Assembly: GCF_964355755.1 (NCBI RefSeq)
Contig: NC_092677.1
Span: 704,101 to 768,100 of the forward strand
Length of the DNA stretch: 64,000 nt
Origin: Antedon mediterranea
Lineage: Eukaryota > Animalia > Echinodermata
Reading direction: 5' to 3'
This document shows, one piece after another, positions 12,689 through 26,200 of this stretch (positions are counted from its first letter, which is position 1; each line of letters starts with the position of its first letter). The notes beneath the pieces were generated by a model. That model saw only the letters and a list, made by a program, of their open reading frames with translations, searched no databases and was not told the DNA's origin. Both the position numbers and the translations under genes were made by a program.

Positions 12689-13395
12689 AACAAGCACGAA
12701 TGTACGATACCCGGGGTACAGCAAAAGAAGCTGTAATGACGTCATAAGACGGGATGTAACGTCACATACACATCAATAACCTCGCTACCAAATACGGCTA
12801 TATTCCGAAAAGTTACGTCACATAATCGGAAATGGCATAATTACGGCAAATTATGCAATCTCAAAGTAATTTTTTGCTATTTTCGGGTGCAGAAGTAACG
12901 TCACATGTCTTAAATAAGGTTTACTGTATATATTCTTATTATCCAAGTCAAGACCTTTGAAATGACACCAAACACGGCTATATTACGACGAAAATCGTTT
13001 GGCACCAAGGTACCATCTTCGATACGTCATATGGCTGCATCCGGTTTGAAATTAAAAAATCCGGCTCTATAGCTTTGAGGACATGTCCCTGTAGTATACC
13101 CATGCCAAATCCCAGCTCAATACTACAACGAATAAGGGAAGATTAGTACTTTTATAAATCGATTTTTCGATTGGTACCATGTTTGACGTCGTAATTCTGC
13201 ATCCGGTTGAAGTACGAACATTTTTGCTCTATAGCTTTGTTCACCTATTACCCTGTATATGCATGTCATGTTTCAGAGCCGTCAGACTACGCGTAAAGAA
13301 CTAGTAGGACTTGAAAGTTGGCTCAATAGTATCCAGATGGAAGAAGAAGAGGAGAATGAGCGAGTCCTAGACTCGGGTACCCCGAGTAACCGAGT
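12689..13395. mobile_element. Helentron/HINE-like non-autonomous element
   Basis: Begins aACAAG; ends with purine-rich run then hairpin ACTCGGGTACCCGAGT. Confidence 0.45.
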
Positions 13396-15029
13396 AAAAA
13401 GTAAATAAACTCAATTAATAATATGCCTATAGTTTATTTTTTTACCGGTAAGCTTAAATATAAAAAACAACTGGTTACAAAATAAATATGAATAACGACT
13501 AGATGGATGGGAGCAGGAACGCTAGAATAAACCAAACCCAGTACCGTTTTGATTTAATTTAACCACATCGTGCCATTATACAGATATATATACAGTTTTG
13601 ATTGATATAAACATGACAATGATATTGAATTAGCAAGAAAACATAACCTAAACATGTGGATGTAGTCATGTTTACTGCAGTAAATAGGCCTTTTTGCAGT
13701 AAGTATCGTATCATCATTTGTTGTTGCTACTTTGTATACTGCAACATGATTTATTATATTTCAATATTGATTTAATGTACACAAGAACACGGTAGACATT
13801 AACTATCAATATCTTGTCCATTCTGTATACTCATCGACATGTCATGTGCGTCAAAATGTTATCTTTTACCAATAAAACCGAATCGCCGTCTAGAAAAATC
13901 TAGAATGAATAATTGGAATTTACTTTCATTTGAAATTTTAATTAAGTTTTCATTTCATGTCAACAACGAGTTAATGGAAATGAAAATATACAAACAAAAA
14001 AATGAATTCCAAACTAGAGAAATGTTTGTACCGAGAAGCATGAGACTAATTTGGACGCTTGAATATTCTGTCTGGTTCTGTGCAAATAATTTTCATCCCG
14101 TTTAGCAGGATTATGAAGATCCAGATCAGCATATGTCAGTTGCTTAACGGTCTACATAAAAAATAGTTTGATTTACACCACGAAATGTTACGACACAATG
14201 TTACAATCAAAATCATTAAGCAAAATTATGGTTTTAGCAAACGTGTAAACATTGTAGTGTAGTGAGAATGGGTACGCGACAGTTAATACAATTAATTATT
14301 ATTAAATTAATACACATTTCATCTATTTCACTTTTTATTTATTCTGTCAATTTATTTATATACATTAATTCCATATATATCACAAATTGGCAATTTATTG
14401 TTTGCTCTTTATTGGCACATATTTTTAATTTATATTTGATAAAAATAAGATAAAACCTATACATTGGAGTTACATAATAATATACTAGCCTCTAGGATAA
14501 AAAACATAAATTATTTTGTTTAAAGCATGTAGGCCTAGACCTAACTGAAAACACTTGCGATGTTGTGATCCTGAAAGCGAAAATATGTTACAAATGTTTA
14601 TTTTGATTCTCTACATTAAACGTCCCTCGGTTATAAATGACTCAATAGCTGCGACCAGAATAAACCACGGCCCTGTATTCTCCATTGCTAGTTTCAACAC
14701 ATACTCTATACTTTTTGTCATTTTATCTTATGATAGAAAACCAACATATCATAAGGGAAAGCAGTGTTTTTAGTTAACATACATTTTCGCTTCACCAGAT
14801 GGAAAAAAAAAACCCAAGATCTTTAGGATTATGTCAAACAATGTAGTTACTGCAGTGGAATATGTTTTACATAACCCCTTATGTGATCGGATCTGCCTTC
14901 TATACACAAGGTGTTTTACTGCATTAGGCAAACACCAGGTGAAAATATTGTTATATCAAATATATTATTACTGTACTATCTTTTTGATTCCCGAACCTCA
15001 AAATCTATATTGGACGGGTACCTGCTAGT

Positions 15030-15790
15030 ATGGTTAAATGTTACATCGATGGCAAAAAGTGACGTATACAGTGTTGAACAGAGCAAATAATAATGATAAT
15101 AATAAATAATATAATAAATTCTTTATTTGGTAAACAAATGTACATAAACAGAATCACAGATACAAAGTTCTTTAACTAATAGATTATTACATAACAAAAC
15201 AATACAATAATAATACAAAAGCCCATGGACCACAAATGAAGGCACGACATTTCATGATAATGTGATAAAAACATAACGTGATAAAACATGATGGAACCAA
15301 TGAAAGAACATCATTTTATGATGTATAACATTCTGCGTATTTAGAAATATTCACAATTTAATTACACAATTATACAGCATTATACAATTGTAAAAGAATG
15401 AATGAAAATAAAGATCTTAAAGATCTGTGATACCATATATGGTTAAATGCTACATTGATGGCCAAAAGTGATATATACAGTGTTGAACAGAGCAACATGA
15501 AGTATCAATCATATACTGTATGAAGGCACAACATTCATGATAATGTGATAAAAACATGACGTGATAAAACATGATGATGGAACCAATGAAAACAACATCA
15601 TTTTATGATGTATAACATTCTGCGTATTTACATATATTCACAATTTAATTACACAATTATACAGCATTATACAATTGTAAAAGAATGAAAGAAAATAAAG
15701 ATCTTAAAGATCTGTGATAAATGCTACATTGATGGCCAAAAGTGATATATACAGTGTTGAACAGAGCAACATGAAGTATCAATCATATAC
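15030..15790. repeat. Imperfect tandem duplications downstream of the gene B stop
   Basis: 15238-15430 recurs at 15521-15718; tacattgatggccaaaagtgatatatacagtgttgaacagagcaa-type block occurs three times. Confidence 0.8.
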
Positions 15791-15964
15791 GGTACTGTAT
15801 TTAGTATACTAGTATTTATAGGTGTGAACATCAATTCTTGGAATAATTAAGCATGTGAAATGAAAATGAAATCTATTAACAAACTTGTGGTTTCTGAATA
15901 AAAATGCACTTTTGAATGGTGTTGTCAAGAAAAAAAGTTATTTCGGAAATTCTTTCTTTCTATA

Positions 15965-16205
15965 CAAAATGCATCTTAACACCAGACAGTTTGGGCAAGT
16001 CCAAGTGTGTCCAAAATGCATCTTAACACAAGACAGTTTGGGCAAGTCCAAGTGTGTACAAAATGCATCTTAACACCAGACAGTTTGGGCAAGTCCAAGT
16101 GTGTCCAAAATGCATCTTAACACCAGACAGTTTGGGCAAGTCCTAACACCAGACAGTTTGGACAAGTCCTAACACCTGACAGTTTGGACAAGTCCGAGTG
16201 TGTCC
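15965..16205. repeat. 47-bp minisatellite (~4 copies plus shortened units)
   Basis: aaaatgcatcttaacaccagacagtttgggcaagtccaagtgtgtcc repeated. Confidence 0.9.
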
Positions 16206-17067
16206 ATATTCGGGAGAGTTAAACAGTAGTAAATTAGTTGTTTGAGTCAACGGATTGTGAATAAATTGTAAAGCTCACAGCATTCTTAACGATTCCAAAG
16301 ATATTACATCTTAGACTATTCTAAAGCAGTTATGTACATTGTTTGGTGTGTTTTATATTTAAACACTGTTTGTATGCCATCCACTGCACATTCCATCCAA
16401 TATTAAGTGATTTTATCTAAAATTGTCCCAATAATGATATTCTAAATGATTATTCAAATTGACATGCATTAATTATATAATTATCTTACAATTCATATGG
16501 TTAATAAATCCAGAATTAGTACTACAAGATTTTAATGTCCAATATTTGGCTAGATTCCTCTCTATTTACAAGTTAAGTTGTGTTCAGTGTTTGTTCTTCC
16601 AACCCAACATGGTCTCAGCTTGAACCAAGCAGGATAAATGCTTCAAAGTAAAAAGGTTTAGTAAGCTAGAAAAGCAAGGTGCAATATATATAAGACTATT
16701 TGTATAGGATAAGGATTTACTAATATATGTTTTTACATTATTTAGTAGTAAAGTATTATAAATGTTAACAATGTAGTCAGAGATAAATAATTATTATTAT
16801 TTAAAAAGTTGGATTGCAGCGATAGATATATAATTTATATAAAAAACAATTTGTTTTGTTTTTATTTTTTAAATTTATTATTATCATTTTTCTTAATTCT
16901 TTTAATTTTTTTTTTTCAGAATTTGTATAATTTTGTTTTTAGACATCAGTAGGGTATAACTCAACCGCACTATCTTTTCTCTTTTTCTTCTTTCTTTTCT
17001 TTTTTGGTTGATCATCATCAATTGGGTGAACTTTATTAGATGGATGTGTAATGGATGGCGCTGGTTG

Positions 17068-17211
17068 TCAGATTCTAGTGGGTTGTTGTTGGATGCTAGC
17101 ATATGTCGTTTCTGGATCAGGGTGGTTGATCTCGTTGCTTGCACCTTTTGGCAAACCTCGTGTCAGATCCAAATCTGCATATTGTAGTTCTTCAACATTT
17201 CTTAACCGCTT
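17068..17211 (-). CDS. Gene B last coding exon with ITIM (LQYADL) and ITSM (TTYASI)
   Basis: Acceptor tttttatag; KRLRNVEELQYADLDLTRGLPKGASNEINHPDPETTYASIQQQPTRI*. Confidence 0.9.
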   Translation of the reverse strand, partial: KRLRNVEELQYADLDLTRGLPKGASNEINHPDPETTYASIQQQPTRI

Positions 17212-20200
17212 CTATAAAAATAAAGGCGTTTACAATTAATAAGAATGTACTGGTTACTAAAAAAAACATAAATTAACACATTAAAGAAAACATAAATTGG
17301 ATAAAAATACACACAGAAAACAATAATAGAAAATAGACAATGGAAAATGGTAATTTTTGTTCGTTCAGCTGGGCACCTTACCTTTGGAATCTTTTACCTC
17401 ATTTATGTTTGCTAATCTTAATGTTTTCCAATCTTCAAATTTAAACTCATTTAGAACTAATTTGAAATCATTTTCGCATTAATCAGGATAATTTGTTCAC
17501 TGCGCTTTTGATGTTTGAATTTTTTCTACTTATTATTAATACTATGATAAAATAAAAAGTGTCTCTAAAAGATAAGACATTTAAAAAGAAAATAGCTAAT
17601 AGAATAGCTTTAGAAAAGATAACAAAGAATCCCATATTGTTAATACAAGCATACAGTAATACTGTTTGTGCCAGTCACTAATAACACCATGTATAGGAAA
17701 TAACCACAATGAAGAGTATGGGATACTAAAATGTTTTACTCAATTTACCATTATTTTAATATTCATATTACAGTGTAATGGCCATGTGTATATTATACAC
17801 CAAATGAAACAATATTATTTTTGGTAAGCAATATCACCACTATGTATAGGTAATAATCACAAGGAGGAGAAAAAAATCATCATACATAATTCCTTCTGAA
17901 ATTGCCTACAGTATGGTGGCCCATAAGCTCATGGTAATATTATTTTGCTCACAGCAATATCAATTTTACTCACAAAAATATCAATTTGTTAATGAACCCA
18001 TGGGTCACCGTAATTGACAGGCATTCATCTGTTTTTTTTCTCCAACATTTATTCATTTTCAACCATTTTTCTGGGTATTAAGTCTTAGACTTAAATGTTA
18101 AAATCTAAGTCTGTTTGTAGTATTCCAGTTCAATTAATGAAAATAATTGAAAAATAATCCAATAATCTATTTTATAATTTTATAAACATAGGGAAAGTGT
18201 CTTTATTTACAAAATACACAATGGCTACCAACAAAGCTAGGTTACTTCAGCGGAAGACAAACAACAGCTAATGAGAAATTACGGCAAAAATTGGGAAAGA
18301 AAAATAATTGCAATGCCATCCAGCAAGAGTAGTTGTTTGTGTAGACAAGAACTTATCTTGGAAGTTAAGTTGTAAACCCCAATCTTATTCAATTAGTTTA
18401 CTTAAATTCTCCGTCCCTGGACTAAAAAATTTGCGTATTTGGTCAAATTTTCTCCTTTAACTTAAATGTTTTCTTTTGTTTTACTTAATATTTAAGTACA
18501 GCTTAAACAGAACCATCAAGTCTTTATTTTTTGTATTGGGTAAATCAAATGCTATTCATTTATGAGTTGGATTACTTAAATAAAAAATGTATCTTATATT
18601 CTAATCTATACATGGCTGCTTGCTTCAAGTTTCAGTTACTGCTACTAAAAATAAAAAAAATAACAATATCTGAAAATAAAAATAAATTTTACTATTTTTC
18701 TATGTAAATCATTTTTTTCAAAATGACTGCGCTGCAATTGCATAAAAAAATATTTTTAAATTGCATTTTGTTACCTAATACCAATGCTATTCGGTAATTA
18801 TCAAATCATAAAATAAGATATTTTTCAATTGTAAGAAAACAAAAAAATTGCTGTAAAGAAAAAAACAAATACAAATTAACTATGGTATCTAAAATTTGAT
18901 GCTAAACAATTTTTGAATTAAAATTTGATTGAGTTAGTTATATTACAGTATTTAACAATCTTATTTGTTGATCATGTTGAAATCTCAAGAACCAATCACA
19001 TGCATCAAAAACAATCTCAGGCAAATCATTGGCTGTAAGTATAAATTCAAATTTGAATCAACGAATTAGAGAAGAGAATTGTTATGACATCACTATGCAA
19101 CATGCATCAAATGTGACATCATCATCAAGTCATTATATCATGCTTTAACCAACATACTATGTTAGTTAGGTTCCATTTTACTCTATTCCATGGTACACAA
19201 TATAAAATCATTTCTCTAGTGGATGTCTTCTTGACGAATACTTTAATTTCTTCTTTATAAAACCAATCTTAGAAGAATTTGAATAAACAAAAACGGAAAA
19301 ACATATTACATCAACAGATTAGCATAATATGGGATTGGAAAAAAGTTGTTTATTTTTAATTAATTAGTGCCACACAATGGTGCAACAACAGTTTTAATAC
19401 CACTACCATATACTGTACTACAGTTTATCTGAGAAAGAAAGTTAATGATGTAAAACAACAATAATCATTTTTATATAAATGTACCACTTTTCTCTTCTAA
19501 TATTTCTCATATCTTTAATACGTATCCTAACAGGATGGTTTATTGTTAATGTCTAATGTGATGGACTTAAGTCTACTCTTAACTCTCTTGCTGAATAACA
19601 ACATGGTGGACATGCTTAAACTAAATTAAAGTAAATATAGATTACCAATATCATCACAATTTGTTATACCTGTTCAAAATAAAATACATGATCAGCATTA
19701 ACATAGAAAAACACAATCTATAGTTAAGCTACATGTGATTATAGGGCAGAATATATCTAGAATAATGATTTTTTATTTTATAATCATGCTTTATAGCATT
19801 TTAATTGTGAACAACATATTGACATTATACTTATAATCATTCAATTTTATGATTTTGTGTGTATAACATGATGAATGTATTCTTAATACACTAAGGTTTC
19901 TGAAGTCTAACAGTCTTAAAATACCCCTTTTACTGTACTTACATCAACTTGTGCTGGGCGGTCAGATTTCTTTGTTTTGTCCATGTCAAGTTCACTAGGG
20001 TCCTTTTCAGGTTCAACTTGTTTCTTTTTCTTGTCTTTTAAGTTGACCTCTGTGTAAAGGTCACCACCTTTTGCTTTGTATCTTTGTGTATTTCCTTCTT
20101 CCATTTCAATGGCAGGTTCAACATTTGATTTGTTCTTTTTTCTGGAGAACATAAAATAAAGACATACGTTACACAGCATATGTAAATACGTGAACGTGAT

Positions 20201-23200
20201 TGATCGAAATGGCATCACATTATTACAGATAATTTGAGGATCGAAAATTTTCATATTTCTCTTTCAGGTAATATAACATTTTATATTGACTGGTCAATTT
20301 AACACACACATCCAGTGACATTGACGGTTTTGAACTTTGGTCAAAACTACAGTGACATTATCTACGAAAATGGACATACTGTACTGTAGTATTAGACAGA
20401 ATTATTGTTACTAGATGGTACGCTCGCTTCGCTCGCGTACCATCTAGGTTGTGCCCACAGATGGTTCTCGAATACACAGTAATTTCAGCGTAACAAAAAT
20501 GGCGATTTCAAATGTACGTACCACAGGACTATAATACATTGTCGTTTACAGAAACGAATAAATAGAAACGATGATTTATGTAGTCAACTAAAATTAGCAC
20601 CCTGGGAATTACTTCCGAAGGAGAAACTTATCACAAAATGAGTCCAAATTTTTGATTTGGACTCATTTAAAGAAACCCAATTTGTGTTTTGTATGTAACA
20701 TTAGGGTTGAGGGATGGGAAAGCGGATAGGTACAAAGAGGAACAATTTTTAAATATATTCTTTATCCACTCAGTAACGAAATATTTTTTTCATGTTTTAT
20801 AGGCCTATAAATAATATACCTCTAAATACAGTAAAACGTTTGCGATTTAATACTTTGTTAAAACTGTCACTGTCATAATCGATTGAAATATTTAAGTACA
20901 TGTCACAATACACCATACGACGTTTATATTTTTGGTAATTATTAATTAATACAAACGTTGAGAAGGAACTGTCAGTATAAAGTTTATTTGTATATAATAA
21001 TGTGTTTTATATATCTAACAGTAGAGCCTATCCACAATCTCAGTAATAAAGTTTATTTGTATATATTTTTATATTACATCTAACAGTACGAACATTCACA
21101 GTAAGAAATGTTCGATTCAAATGAGGACCAAAAATAGTTAATAGGTATTTACAGTATTGTCAAAGTATTGTAAGTTTATTCTCAAAGGGCCCATATATTT
21201 ACCTACCGTATGTGTTAAACCAAGGGCTCATAAATTCACCTACTTGTGTTAAACCAAACTCTGGCAGACTGAGAGATTGGGATGTTCCATTCATCGCAAA
21301 TCAATACATTTGTATTATACAGATATTGACTGCTTAGAGGTTAAATATAAGATTTGACATCCCAGAGGGAATGATATTAAGTTCGAGGGAATATATATTT
21401 CCCGAAGCGCCACCGATATAAAAGGCAATATCTGTTATATATAGCCAAGAACAGTCTGCTGGGTTGGGTGAAGCTAGGCCTCCTATTTGTATTGTATTTA
21501 AACAAGCCTGCCTAGACACCTTACCTTGCGAAGAATAATATACAGATAATTACTAATTAATGATTCCTTGGCAATAAAATATTCACTTAGGCCTAGGTCG
21601 TTTAAATTCAAAGAAGAATTTCCATCAATAAGCCTATTATAATAATATTATAATCAGGTAGGCCGAATAAACAACTCGTCTTCTTCTCGATCTTCGAGGA
21701 GGAGCCGAATCACCGGATGTTCAGCGCGTACTAGTTACTAGGTTACTACCGTGAGTATTGACCAATCACAAACGGTGTTTCATCACATTTAGGGTGGACT
21801 TATAACAAATGAGGGCGCTATGTATGCATAGCTTAAATAGTTTAGAAGATTAATTTCTTCAAGCAAATTCCGTGGCGCAGCGGTTGAAGCTTTGTCTTGT
21901 GATGGAGTGACAATTGCATCGCAAATTCAAGACCAGTAGATGACTTTTGTTTATTTATCGGCAAACGCGAGTGTTGCACAAGAAAATTAAACAGTCAATA
22001 TCATCGTACTCGAGAATTTATATGATTAATGACAGGGGACACGATAATTACGCGAAAATTACACAGTCAATATCATCGTTCTCGAGGATATATACGATTT
22101 ACGATCCTCGCAGCAGTAGTCATGTGATGCAGTTTCAACCAATCACGTTCGCGTATTTACATAGGCTATGTAATATAATCGTATATTAAATCTATCAAAA
22201 TAGTATTTTTTAAAGAAAATCGGCCTGTCTTCAACATTATGATGATGTTCAACCGGTTTTCAGCTATTAAAAACAATTATCGTAGGAGGAAATAGGAAAA
22301 TGCGAAGTCTCCTCGCATTTTTGTGGCGGGTATTTTTCAAGATGGACATCCATTAGACAGTGTATACCACGATCGGAAAACACCCCTATTTGGGGCAAAT
22401 CGTTGAACCTAAATTCGTTTTAATCGTCAATAACTAATTATCTAACTTAATTTAATTAGTAAACAGGGTTACATCAGGTGGTTAAAATCAGTACCGAAAG
22501 TACGAACCAACTTTATATACCATCGAGTAAAAATTCTAGAAGTAAGGCGCGATTTACCGAATTTTGCCCTTACGTATTAAATTTATATATAGATACTGTA
22601 AACAACAACTTTAGTGGCATCTTCTAATCCCCTAATACAGTATTTTATTTTATACTTTTCTATATATTTATTTCCACACACATCAGCAATAAACATGACT
22701 TTATCAATTACAGTAAGTCTTGTATGAGGCTGTGGCAGTATGATAAGCCAGAGGCAGGATTTGAGCCACAGACCCATAAGCAAACATACTGTGGTTGTAG
22801 TAATATTCCACATTTTCACTGCTGATTATTCCATATTCTATAATCCTTACATTATTTCAAACTATTTACCATCTCGTATGCCTTTGTTGTATATTTCTTT
22901 TGTTAAACCTAAGGATATATTTTTTGCATTTAGCCAAATCTTATTGGATGGCTACTCGACTGATGCATTGTGGAAAAAGGACAGACTAAAATGTAGTTAA
23001 AGCTGATGGTTTATAAACTAAATATATACTCACGAACTTGACTTTGCATTCTTGCTGGCTGTTTAAAATAATTACAAAATGTAATCAAAACTTTTTCAAA
23101 TGAATAAGATTACAAGATCCTTGTCATGTGTACATTCTTAGATAATGACATGACAAGATCTTGGTTCTCATGACTACATTCTTTAGAAGAGATATCAGAA

Positions 23201-26200
23201 AACATTGATTCTGCCTTTTAAAATACATTTTGTTTTTATGGTTAAAATAAATAAAAAGTATTACTGATAAAATAAATAGTTTCCCTCTGATAGACATTGG
23301 GGAGTTCTTATATTGATTATTCAATGAAACAGTTTTATGACAATAAGAAAATGGTTGTAATGGTGTTTGGTATCAAATGATATGTCAGATTATGACATAA
23401 ATTAAGTTTCTAATGATGTGGCTATCAAGATAAATTATAATAACTAGATGGCACGCTCGCTTCGCTCGCGTACCATCTAGGTCGTGCCCACAGATGGTTC
23501 TCGAATACACAGTATTTCCAGCGAGAAAAAAATGGAGATTTCAAATGTACGTACCGCAGGACTATAATACATTGTCGTTTACAGAAACGAATAAATATAC
23601 ACAATGATTTATGTAGTCAACCAAAATTAGCACCCTGGGAATTACTTCCGAGAGAGAAACAAAATGAGTCAAATTTTTTTATTTGGACTCATTTAAACAA
23701 ACCCAATTTGTGTTTTGTATGTAACATTAAGGGTTGAGGGATGGGGGAAGAAGATAGGTACAAAGAGGAAACATTTTAAAATATATTCTTATCCACTCAG
23801 TAACGAAATATTGTTTTTAATGTTTTATAGGCCTATAAATAATATACCACTAAATACAGTAAAACATTTACGATTTAATACGGTACTTTGTTAAAACTCT
23901 CACTGTCATAGTCGATTGAAATAGTAAAGTACATGTAACGATACACCACTACGACGTTTATATATTTTTAAATTATTAATTAATACAAACGTTGAGAAGC
24001 AACTGTCAGTAATAACGTTTATTTATTTGTATATTATATGTTTATAATCTAACAGTAGGGCCTACCCACACTCACAGTAATAAAGTTTATTTGTATATAT
24101 TTTTATATTACATCTAACAGTACCAACACTCACAGTAAGAAATTTGCGATTCAAATTGCGATCAAAAGTGGTTAATACCTTAACAGTATTGTACAGCATT
24201 GCAATACTATTTATGTTTATTCTCCAAGGGGGCCCATAAATCTAAATCTATACCTCTATGGTTAAACCAAATAATTTGGAATGTTTATTTGTATATTATA
24301 TGTTTATAATCTAACAGTAGGGCCTACCCACACTCACAGTAATAAAGTTTATTTGTATATATTTTTATATTACATCTAACAGTACCAACACTCACAGTAA
24401 GAAATTTGCGATTCAAATTGCGATCAAAAGTGGTTTTAACCATTAAAATACCTTAACAGTATTGTACAGCCAGGGAACTCCCTGGTACAGCATTGCAATA
24501 CTATTTATGTTTATTCTCCAAGGGGGCCCATAAATCTAAATCTATACCTGTATGGTTAAACCAAATAATTTGGAATGTTCCATTCATCACAAATCAATAC
24601 ATTTGTAAAAACGTATATTAAATGTATCAAAATAGTATTTTTTAAAGAAAATCAGCCTGTCTTCAACATTATGATGCTGTACTCGAACTGTTCAACCGGT
24701 TTTCAGCTATTAAAAACAATTATCGTAGGAGGAGATAGGAAAATGCGAAGCCTCCTCGCATTTTTGTGGCGGGTATTTTTCAAGATGGACATCCATTAGA
24801 CAGTGTATACCACGATCGGAAAACACCCCTATTTGGGGCAAATCGTTGAACCTAAATTCGTTTTAATCGTCAATAACTAATTATCTAACTTAATTTAATT
24901 AGTAAACAGGGTTACATCAGGTGGTTAAAATCAGTACCGAAAGTACGAACCAACTTTATATACCATCGAGTAAAAATTCTAGAAGTAAGGCGCGATTTAC
25001 CGAATTTTGCCCTTACGTAAATTTATATATAGATGAAACAACGATACTTACCATTAGTAACTGTAAATTTTACATGGAAACTGAGAACTTTTAAACTGGT
25101 TTTCATTTCACAGCAATAGTGACCATCATCATCCTCTTTCACCTTTGGTATCTTCAGAGAACCATCGTCAGCAACCGTGAATCTAGAATTAGCATCTCCA
25201 GAACGAACTATGAACTTTTTGTTTCCTCCTTTCTTGTCACATTTATGCCAATCAAAGTGTTCCACTATCTCTCCTGTTGCAAGTGTGTAATCGATTTGCA
25301 AACAACTGTCAGTAGAAATTTCTGCCTTTGCTAGCTTAACCTTAAAGCTTTATTGAACAAAAAGATAAGATAAAATTATCAAAATGTTTAGTATATAGCA
25401 TCAGACATAACAAAATACTATTTTTTGAGCGGAATTTTTACACCTTACCCCACAATGAATCAGTTTAGTTCCATTATTGTAATTAACCTACTAATGTCTT
25501 GTTTTGAATTTGCTTATTTGAGGCTGGTGAATAAATACTAGTAAATGTAAATCTTTACTAATATTTTCTTCTCATTATTCAATGTACTGCATACAATTCC
25601 AAACGTTTGTGGAAATAAGGAATAAACTGAAACAGAATGATCATAAATAAATATACTTACGAACTTGACTTTCCAGTTTTGTTACCTGTATAAAAGCAAT
25701 AGTAAAATAGTAGAAATATGACTCAGAATGAACACAAATAAACTATGACATTGGACAATAGATTATAGATGATGATTAGAGAAATGGTGGTGGATTTAGG
25801 TGGTAATAAATGATGCCAATATCAATGAAAGTTCAAATTGGAACAAGAATAGTGTGAGAATCTTGATAGTTGCCACACTGTGGCTGCCATGTGTTCAAAC
25901 ACACCACACATACCTTTCCAGAAATGGAGGAAGATTAATTTTACATTTACAATGATTAAAATAATGACAATAATAACTTTAATTAGATGTTTTTGCCCTA
26001 ATCTGACATAATTTGTACTTTATACTAAGTACATTTGAGAATACTTCTTCGCAAGTAGTTCTCGGGTGGGACTCGAACCCACAACCTCCAGATCACTAGC
26101 CTGGCGTTCATACCTCTAGACCACCGAGCTTGCGCTGATGGCTAGTGGTTAGAATCGAGCCCAAGTAAGCAGCGGGTACTACACCAACAGGATTGTAATT

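Noticed and set aside
16902-17239. ORFs 16902-17144 and 17051-17239
   Set aside because: Wrong frame or strand over the real ITIM/ITSM exon.
22583-23000. Possible second cytoplasmic Ig exon after the duplicated microexon
   Set aside because: The nearest acceptor gives a stop after 11 codons and no Ig motifs are visible.
25052-25347. Idea that the Ig exon was captured by the adjacent Helitron
   Set aside because: The exon lies outside the element, upstream of its 5' TC end, so it is not cargo of this copy.
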